A stretch of 64,000 bases of DNA, taken from contig OX597819.1 in assembly GCA_951406725.2 (NCBI GenBank), positions 50,778,001 through 50,842,000 on the forward strand, read 5' to 3'. Below, piece after piece: positions 53,906 to 64,000 of this stretch (the first letter of the stretch is position 1; every line of letters starts with the position of its first letter). Under the pieces are notes generated by a model that was given only the letters and a program-made list of their open reading frames with translations, made no database searches and was not told the DNA's origin. Source of the stretch: Octopus vulgaris (taxonomy: Eukaryota). Position numbers and translations under genes: made by a program.

Positions 53906-54585
53906 TGGAGTGGCTGTGTGGTAAGTAGCTTGCTTACCAGCCACATGGTTCCGGGTTCATTCCCACTGCGTTGCACCTTGGGCAAGTGTCTTCTACTATA
54001 GCTTCGAGCCGACCAAAGCTTTGTGAGTGGATTTGGTAGACGGAAACTGAAAGAAGCCCGTCGTATATATGTATATATATATATAGTGAAGGCGCATGGC
54101 TCAGTGGTTAGAGCGTCGAGCTTACGATCGTGAGGTTGTGAGCTCGAATCCCAGACCGGGCTGCGTGTTGTGTTCTTGAGCAAGACACTTTATTTCACGT
54201 TGCTCCAGTTCACTCAGCTGTAGAAATGAGTTGCGACGTCACTGGTGCCAAGCTGTATCGGCATTTGCCTTTCATAATACTGGTCGCGTGGAGAGGGGAG
54301 GCCGGTATGCATGGGCGACTGCTGGTCTTCCATAACACAACCTCGCCCTGACTTGTGCCTGGGAGGGTAACTTTCTAGATGCAGTCCCATGGTCTGTGTC
54401 GTGACCGAAGGGAGTCTCATATATCACCTGTCTTCGTCTTTTGTATTTTTCGTAAACTTTCCCTATATATATGTACGTGTGTGTGTATATGTTTGTATGT
54501 CTGTGTTTATCCCCCAAACATCGCTTGACAACCGATGCTGGTGTGTTCGCGTCCCCGTAACTTAGCGGTTCGGCAAAAGAGTAAA
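53906..54585 (+). mobile_element. Family B SINE with nested family A SINE (54088-54418) and Penelope-like stub (54424-54465)
   Basis: B head ends 54064, B body resumes ~54490; inserts lie in the internal (TA)n. Confidence 0.85.
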
Positions 54586-55156
54586 AAAGTACCATCATCA
54601 CCATTGACGTTACCCTCCACTTGAACATCAATTCTTTTTTACTGCTGTTGTTCTATTTGTTGCTGTTGTTGGTGGCGGTGGTGGTAGTGTTGCTGATGTT
54701 GCTGCTGTTGGTCTTGCTGCTATGGTCTTGCTCAGTTCACAATTTTCATTCTTTTTTCAGTTTACTGTTTGTCAATCAACTTTCACTGGTTATAAATTGT
54801 ATTTAGTTGTGTATAACAAATCTGATCAATCATATAAGTAATAATAATAGTACGACAATGGCGGTTTGATTCAGTAACGGCGGCAATAGCTACACAAGTG
54901 AAAGCATTATATCGCATGTGCTCAGCAGAATAGATTTCTATATGCTTCGCACACATACACGCACATACTCCCACGGGAGTCTTTCAAGTTAAATCTTTAA
55001 TCTGCTTTCTGATACAATATGGGGCTCCTATTATAACAACCACTTCATAAAGATTCTCAAACCCGCCATATTTGAAATGTCCGACATGATATGTTTGATG
55101 TAAAACTTATTTCAGTCATTATGATTGCATTTTTATTAATATTTCTGATATAAGAG

Positions 55157-55442
55157 TTTTGCGAGAAAATTGAAGATGGCTGCTGGGGATTAGTGGGGGA
55201 GTTCAATCTGCAAAACTCTGGCTGGGCTTAGAATTATTGGTGCACCAAAGAACAGAGTCATAAGTTCCATTACTGAAGCTGTTTTAATATTTCTGTTATA
55301 AGCCTGGGCTAGCAAGCATTTTGCGTGGCAACTGAAGGAGACTGCTGGGGGTTCGTGAGTGAGTTCAATCTTCAAAACTCTGGCTGGATTTAGAATTACT
55401 GGTGAAGCAAAGAGGAAGACTATAAGTTCCATTACTGAAGCT
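55157..55442. repeat. Diverged direct repeat, period 162 bp
   Basis: GAGTTCAATC at 55199 and 55361; CAAAACTCTGGCTGG and TAAGTTCCATTACTGAAGCT in both units. Confidence 0.9.
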
Positions 55443-55549
55443 ACCGAGGATTAAGAAAGCAGATTGTTGCTTTGCTGCGACTGGAATGCAAGCTGAGATT
55501 TTATTAATGCCGATGAGGTCAAGTTGTCAAATGTTGAAAAACCCGAGAA

Positions 55550-56256
55550 GGAGTGGCTGTGTGGTAAGTAGCTTGCTTACGAACCACATGGTTCCGGGTT
55601 CAGTCCCACTGCGTGGCACCTTGGGCGAGTGTCTTCTACTAAAGCCTTGTGAGTGGATTTGGTAGACGGAAACTGAAAGAAGCCCGTCGTATATATATAT
55701 GCATATATGTGTGTATGTTTGTGTGTCTGTGTTTGTCCCTCCAATATCGCTTGACAACCGATGCTGGTGTGTTTACTTACTCGTAACTTTGCGGTTCGGC
55801 AAAAAAGGACCGATAGAATAAGTCCTGGGGTGGATTTGCTCAACTAAAGGCGGTGCTCCAGCATGGCCACAGTCACATGACTGAAACAAGTAAAAGAGTA
55901 AAAGAGTAAAGAGTATATATAGGAAACCCCTTTCGGTCATAACTGGCCATGGGATTGCCCCTAGATCGTTACCCTCCGAGGCACAAGTCCGGGCAAGGTT
56001 GTTTATGGAAGGCCAGCAGTGTCGCCCATGCATACCAGCTTCCCCTCTCCACACCACTGATGTTATCCAAGCGAAAGGCAATTGCCGGTACGGCTTGGCA
56101 CCAGTGATGTCGCAACTCATTTTCACAGCTCAGTTAACTGGAGCAACGTGAAATAAACTCTCTTGCTCAAGACTACAACACGCAGCCAGGTCCGGGAATC
56201 GAACTCGTAGCATCACGATCGTAAGCTCGACGCTCTAACCACTGAGCCATGCGCCT
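55550..56256. mobile_element. Tail-to-tail SINEs: family B (+, 55550-55915) and family A (-, 55925-56256)
   Basis: Family blocks in opposite orientations. Confidence 0.85.
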
Positions 56257-56624
56257 TTACTATATATATATATACGTGTGTGTGTGCTTGTGTGTGTATG
56301 TATGTATGTATGTATGTATGTGTGTGCGCGTCCGCGCGCGTCTGTGTGAAGGCGCATGCCTAAGTGTTTATGCGTGTCGCACTCATGGTCGTGAGATCGT
56401 GGTTTCGATTCCCAGTCCTGTTGCTCGTTGTGGTCTTGAGCAAGACACTTCATTTCATATTGTTCTAGTTCACTCAGCTGCAAATGAGTAACCTTCCGAC
56501 AGACTAGTGTTGCGATGATGGGTAATGTTGGCCTGCTCACCTAGGCTAAAGCAATGCGAAGCACATCGTGACCAGCGATGTGTAACAACATCAGTTAGTC
56601 TCATCTATTTCGAATGTGTGGCTA

Positions 56625-56789
56625 TAGGCGCAGGCGTGATCGTGTTAAGTTGCTTGCTTCCCAACCTCATGGTTCCGGGTTCAGTCCCATTGCGTGACAC
56701 CTTGAGCAAGTGTCTTCTACTATAGCCTCGGGCCAACCAAAGCCTTGTGAGTGGATTTGGTCAGCGGAAACTGAAAGAAGCCCGTCCTA

Positions 56790-56848
<59 letters not shown>

Positions 56849-57345
56849 AGAACAAAACGCAGAGTAGATGAAACCATGGCGACTGAAGAAGGGAAATTTT
56901 CCTTGTGTTATTTGTCCTGTACTCTATTTTTTTGTTGTTTAAGAAAAATGTCCAGTTCCTTGGTTTTGTGTTTATGTTTTCGTTTCTCATTGTGTTCGAC
57001 GTTTCTTTGGTGTCCTGTACCCATATATACGTGTATATATACATGTAGAGGTAGGTACGTACATATATGTATGTATATATGCATATGTTTTATTTATTTA
57101 TTAATTTATTATATATATATATATATATATATATACACGTATATGTTTGTGTGTCTTTATTTGTCCTCCCACCATTGCTTGACAATCGATACTGGTGTGT
57201 TTACGTCCCCGTCACTTAGTGGTTCAGCAAAAGACCGATGGAATAAGTACTGGCTTACTAAGAATAAGTCCTAGGATCGATTTGTTCGGCTAAAGCGGTG
57301 CTCCAGTATGCCTGCAGTCAAATGGCTGAAACAAGTAAAAAAAAG
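56625..57345 (+). mobile_element. Family B SINE with a repeat inserted in its internal (TA)n (56847-57100)
   Basis: Head 56625-56787, tail from ~57140; insert matches the 17840 repeat inverted. Confidence 0.8.
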
Positions 57346-58589
57346 ATATGTATGTGTGTGTGTGTACATTTGTGTTCCCTGTCTCGTTAATTGAAAAGTT
57401 CGACAAAAGGGGCCGATAGAATAAATATCAGACTCAAAAATAAGCACTGGGGGCGGGGGTGGTGGTGCAATTGCTTGACTACCTCCGCCTCCTGCCCCAG
57501 CATAGGTGCAATCTAGAGACGAAGCAAGGGAGAAAATAGTGAAAAGAGGCAACACAAAATAAATACATAAATAAATTAAATAAAAGAAGTACACGAAATA
57601 TCGTTTGTATCTATTTGTAAAACCTCGCTGAGGTAGAAATTTTTTGATCTTTTATCCTTCCAGGGCCGATAAAATAAAATGCCCGCAAAGTAATGGCGTC
57701 TATTAAGCACACATAAAAAGGCAAGAATTGTAGTCCTGTGCCAATCATAAAAATTATTATGATTACTTTAATTCTTATTTTCCCTCCATAAATTTCTCTA
57801 TGGAGATTTATGAAGGGGTTAATTGACGTATGTTGTTATTTGAGTACAAAGAGATTAAGTTAATTAATTAGTCCAGTACACAAGTTTCTAAACTGAATGC
57901 TTTCAATTTGATTGGTGAAACCGTCTATTAGTTTATGAAATTATTATTTGTTATTATTTGCTTTTGTTTGTTTCCTTTTATTGTTTATATTTTTATGAAA
58001 TTCTTTCACGCCATCCGATATGAACTCTCCTCCTCTTCTCGCGCCGAACCTACTCCATAATCTCAGAGTGACCTAGACCCAACTATATTTCCTTACACCA
58101 TGTAGATATTTGCATATACAAATACGTAAATAAATGTATACATTTCATACATTCGTACACACGTGCATGGATACAGATATACACATTTACACACATATTT
58201 GTATGTGTCTATGTTGAGATATGAACATAACTGAAACCATTTATAGTTAATTACACCCACTTACAAACAAACATTTACGCTCACACAAGAAACCCATTCA
58301 AGCTTACTGATACATACATACGTACATGCATACATTTTGAAACAGTTGTTTATATGTATGTGTGTGTGTGCGTGTGTGTATGTCTGTGTGCTTATATGTA
58401 TGTAAATATATATATATATATATATGTATTCGTATTTCATGTTGTTTACGTTTTATGACGTCCTGTACCCTTATATATGCATATGTATATACGTAAAGAT
58501 ATATACTCTTTTACTCTATTACCTGTTTCAGCCTTGCGGCTGTGCTCATGCTGGAGCACCACCATGCTCTTTCTGACTTCCTCAGTTTG

Positions 58590-59330
58590 GGTGTTTCACA
58601 TCGCCACTCCTGTATGTGTCTTTCCCCAGCTGTTGGTACATTTGGTGTATAATTGAGTTTGATTCCGCTGTCCCCGTCTGTACCTCATGTCGGGCTATTG
58701 GTTTATCCGGTATTGTGGAGAGGAGAATGTCTAATTCCTTTTTGAAGACATCTACTTTCACCATATGCAAATTTCGCATTGGAAAAACTGTGGGCCTTTG
58801 AAACCTAGATTATTGCAATACCTGGCCCTGAATTCAGATGGTGTGGACAGTATCTTTGGTACAATACAATACATGCCGGTTCTGGCATCTGTATAACACT
58901 CAATGCCAAAGTTAGGTACTAGCCTTTCTAGGATTTTCCATATGTATATTATTGCGTATCTGTCTCGCCGTCGCTCCAAGGAGTAGAGCTGTAGTTTTCT
59001 CAGCCTATCCTTATAGCTCATCCATTGCACTGTTTCAACCTTTTTATTGTAGTGGCGTTGGTCTACTTCAAGCTCTGCTGTTACTTTGGCACTGTGTGGT
59101 GACCATAACTGGGAACATTAGTCCAGGCGTCTGAGAACAAAGGTTCTCCACAAGGTCAACATAATTTGTTGGTCTCTTGTCTTGAAGGATCACAGTATCC
59201 ATCCTGCCAGTTGTCTGCATTTTTGCTGTCATCTTGCTTATGTGCATATGAAATGATGCGTCGTTGCACTTGCTGATCCCCTTGTCTTTCACTGCCTGTG
59301 ACTCTGGGATTGTAGTGTCCTCGGGTCCGC
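58590..59330 (-). mobile_element. 3' part of a decayed CR1-like LINE ORF2
   Basis: MSYKDRLRKLQLYSLERRRDRYAIIYIWKILERLVPN and VDVFKKELDILLSTIPDKP; frameshifted. Confidence 0.85.
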
Positions 59331-59784
59331 CGAGGTCAGTTTTGAATTTTTTCCCTCTGGAGTTTATCAAATCAAGAAAAGTCAAATGCCTAGATCGACA
59401 GTGTCAACTAAGCCCCGCCCCTTAAAAATGTTAGCCTTATATCTCAATTAGAAAGTTAGAATATATAGATGAGTTTGAAGGTGCGCTTGTATATACGTAC
59501 ATACTTACACATATATATATATATATATATATTTGTTAACTTAATCGCTTTAACAAAGGGATGTGGGTTCGACCCCATGCGGATAGGAAAGCCTTCTTTT
59601 TTCTGTCGAGAGCTTATATGCCCCTTTATTAGACTCTTTTCCCTAGCCGTTGCATGGTTACCACCATAAGCTTTAAGCTTATATAAAAATACCATTATTA
59701 TCATTTACAGGATTGTAAATTACGGTGGTGTATAAAAAGCCATTCGCACCGAAATATATATATATATATATATATATATTTTAT

Positions 59785-60175
59785 TTCATTTCCTTGTTTC
59801 AGTCATTTGACTGTAGCCATGCTGGAGCACTGCTTTTAGTCGAACAAATTGACCCCAGAGCTTATTCTATCGGTCTCTTTTGTCGAACAGCTATGTTACG
59901 GGGACGTAAGCACGCCAACATCGGTAATCAAGCGATAGTGGTAAAGGGCAAACACAGACACACAAATACACACACACACAGACACACACACACACAAATA
60001 TATATGTATATACGACGGGCTTCTTTCAGTTTCCGTCTATCAAATCCACTCACAAGTTTTGGTTGGCCCGAGGCTATAGAAGAAGACACTAGACCAAGGT
60101 GCCAGGCAACGCAGTGGGGCTGAACGCGGAACCATGTGGTTGGGAAGCAAGTTTCTTACCACACAACCACTCATG
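59785..60175 (-). mobile_element. Family B SINE
   Basis: All family blocks present. Confidence 0.85.
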
Positions 60176-61018
60176 TGTCTGTATGTATGTATGTATGTAT
60201 GTATGTATGTATGTATGTATGTGAAGCATACCTTCATAAATACAGATACGTATACGCGTACGAGGGAGAAAAAAAGGCAGATAGAGACAGAGCGAAAAAG
60301 GGAGAAAGTTAGGTCGCATTTCCTGTCTTTAATAACCTCTGCGCATTCTTTCCACGCCGTTTGTTCTTTCCCGCTGCTTACTCCCCTCCCTCGTCCCGTT
60401 CCTCTTTCTTAACGCCAACAGTGCGACAAAATTAACGAAAGAAATTCATAGTTTATTTCTAAGATAAAATTCTTCGAATATATAAAAAAACGTATGAATA
60501 TAGCTACTAATGAGCTCCTAATCTTATGCCCTTGCACTCAACTATTGAAGTTATTTATTCGAGTGGTGTCGATTTTGATCGTCTGGTAAATTGAGAAATG
60601 AAATAAAACGCAATTAAATACAATAAAATAAATATTAAAATTAAATAAAGCTAAAACAAAGAAAAATGTTGATATCGTTAGACTTAGAATCAAAGAAAGA
60701 TCGTATTTCACATGTTTTATAGATATCACGTCCATAGCAAACAGCTTTAAGAGTTATTAATAAAATTACGGTGGAACACCACAAATGATGGCCGATTTTA
60801 ATATAATGTTAAACAGACAGTGGTCACCAATGGGCATTGCTTTTAACGAAGTCCATTCTCTGGTGAGAGTATTCAGACTAAGCTTTCGAACTAAAATGCC
60901 TCCTTATTATTTAATTTGCTTTTTAATTTTTTTCCAGTTTCGTACATTCTGCATGATAACTTTTAGCGATTCCTTTCTCCCTTCTGACAAAACCATTTAA
61001 CCATTCACTTCCTGCTCA

Positions 61019-61111
<93 letters not shown>

Positions 61112-61254
61112 GATTAGCTTTCAGTAGTGGAAAAAAGTAAAAATGATAAATGATGGCGTGTAAATATTGGCTTTAAACCTCCCATATTTTTTATCCAAAA
61201 GTTATCTTAGCCGAATACTTGGTGGTGGCAGTGGGAAGGGCGCATATGTTTCCT

Positions 61255-61808
<554 letters not shown>

Positions 61809-62087
61809 TTTAAATTAACCTAAGAATATATTCAAAGTAAGTGAAATTAATTATCATCAGGCAGGTATTGAACCTGCACCGAAAACTCGTTAAGTTGTAG
61901 ATTTACCTCAAGTTGTTCTACAATGCTCATCGAGCTCATTAGGTATTGATTTCTAAGTTTAACAGAATGTCACGTATTTAAGAGTAGACAGCGATAATCA
62001 ATTGATATCGATCCCAGTACTTAACTAGCTTTCAATCGAACCGAGAAAGGTGTCACCAATGCGGTCATTCAATATTGTATTATTCTC

Positions 62088-62632
62088 GAGGTGATGAGCT
62101 GGCAGAATCGTTAGTGCGCCGGACAAAATGTTTAGCGGCATTTCGTCCGTTTTGATGTTCTGAGTTCAAACTCTGCTGACGTCTACTTTGCCTTTCATCC
62201 TTTCGGGGTCGATAAATTAAGTACCGTGGAGGTGCAATGGCCCAGTGGTTAGGGCAGCGGACTCGCGGTCGGAGCATCGTGGTTTCGATTCCCAGACCGG
62301 GCGTTGTGTGTATTTATTGAGCGAAAACACCTAAAGCTCCACGAAGCTCCGACAGGGAGTGATGGCGACCCCTGTTGTACTCTTTCGCCCCAACTTTCTC
62401 TCAGTGTTTCTTCTCGTTTCTTGAGTAACGCTGCGATGGACAGGCGTCCCCTCCAGCTAGGGGGGAACACATACGCTACAGAAACCGGGAAACCGGGCCC
62501 ATGAGACTGGCTAGGCTTGAAAAGGGCGCATAAATAATAAAAATTCAGTATCAGTTGCGTACTGGGGTCGATGTAATCGACTAGCTCCTTCCTCCAAAAT
62601 TTCGGGCTTTGTGCCTAGAGTAGAAAAGAATA
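62088..62632 (+). mobile_element. Family C SINE interrupted by a full-length family D SINE (62226-62540)
   Basis: D has A box TGGCCCAGTGG, B box TTCGATTCCC and V-SINE-like CTGCGATGGACAGGCGTCCC; ~12 bp TSD AAATTAAGTACC / AAATTCAGTATC. Confidence 0.85.
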
Positions 62633-62647
62633 TTGTTAATATTCTTA

Positions 62648-62862
62648 AGGCGATGAGTTGACAGAATCGTTATTACGCCGGACAAAATGCTTAGCAGCAT
62701 TTCGTTCGTCTTGCAGTTCTGAGTTCAAACTCCGCTGAGGTTGACTTTGCCTTCCTTCATTTCAGTGTCGATAAAATAAATAGCGATTGAGTACTGTGGT
62801 CAATGTGGTCGACTTAGGCCTTTCCCTGAAATTGCTGGCCTTGTGCTAAAATTTGAAACCGA
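62648..62862 (+). mobile_element. Diverged family C SINE
   Basis: Head, core and GAAATTGCTGGCCTTGTG tail. Confidence 0.8.
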
Positions 62863-64000
62863 TATCCTATCAGTCTATTATCGGTTTCAGCGAGAGACTG
62901 AGGCCGTTCGGGGGGGGGGGGGGACTGCCATTAATTATATGCGTTCCCCACCTCAACCTGCGACCCTCAGCTATGCTAGAAACAGCTAAATATCTCTCAA
63001 AATTACCTGAGAATGAAGAACACACTGGGTATTGTTCCTGATACCTCTAAAATCACAGGCTGACGACGATCGGCAGCTGTTTGATTATGATTTTGATTTT
63101 ACTTTTGATGGTTCGGATTCGATCTGGGGCGGACCCCCCCCCCCAACAACAACAACAACACTACCACCAACACCACCACCAACACCACCACCAACACCAC
63201 GACGACGACGACAACAACAACAACAACAACAAGAAAAACCTTAACATTAACAGTCACAACAACAACTAGCAAGTTTTATGTCGGCCTCGAAGTGCTTCAG
63301 TTGTATTTGAACCCGGAACGTAAAGAGTGGTAGAAAACGTTTAGTACAGTTATCTGTAGTCGCTGCTGCTCCACTGATCTTAGGGTTTATTTAAACATTT
63401 ATCTGGAATTGAGTCTCGTTAGTCCTTGTAAGGTAAAATCTACTTTTCATTCCTACTTAGTGTTAAATATAGAAGGAGCAAGGAGAAGAAGAAGAAGAAG
63501 AAGAAGAAGAAGAAGAAGAAGAAGAAGAAGAAGAAGAAGAAGAAGACAATATGATTGAGTGGAGACTTATATCGTATGATTATTTTAAAAGAAACTTTTA
63601 AGATTGGTACAAGGTCACAAATATGAAGCAAGAGGTTAATCGATTGAACTGACTCCAGTATGTGACTGGTACTTCATTTTATCGATCTCGGAAGAATGTA
63701 AAGGAATAGTTTAAATCTCGACAAGATTTGAACTTCAGAACGTAATGTCACGGAACAACATACCGACGCTCAATTTTGATAATCCGCCACCCTTAAATTC
63801 CTTATAAGATTAACTTTTTAGTCAATAACGCTGACTCCATCATGTGAGTGATATAGCATTTTACCAATCTCAAAGAAAAAAACCCCAGTAAACTGAACGC
63901 GTCGGGATTTGATCTTTGAATGTAGAGAGAAGGAAACAACAAAGGACTTTATATGATGCTCTAACACTCCGCCAATTCGTCAACTCGCAGCCGGGGTATA

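Overview
Eukaryotic, AT-rich, almost entirely non-coding DNA saturated with microsatellites ((TA)n, (CA)n, (TATG)n, (TCTA)n, (AAT)n, (TAG)n, (GAA)n). The repeat families and density resemble an octopus (coleoid cephalopod) genome; this is an inference from remembered repeat sequences, not a search. Nearly all ORFs in the supplied track are microsatellite translations. Recognisable content: many tRNA-headed SINE copies from about five families (some nested, some with TSDs), one near full-length decayed mariner plus two mariner fragments, MITE/foldback elements, three non-autonomous Helitron-like elements, 3' ends of CR1-, RTE- and R4/Dong-type LINEs, and Penelope-like pieces carrying at least nine hammerhead-ribozyme motifs (one canonical, one family sharing a non-canonical core). 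There is a 2.15 kb tandem duplication. Two sets of small exon candidates have good splice sites and matching reading phases (minus strand 35.4-21.7 kb; plus strand 41.7-50.4 kb) and encode peptides I do not recognise. No known gene, rRNA, true tRNA or CRISPR array is supported. SINE family letters A-E are my own labels, and repeat boundaries are approximate unless TIRs/TSDs are quoted.
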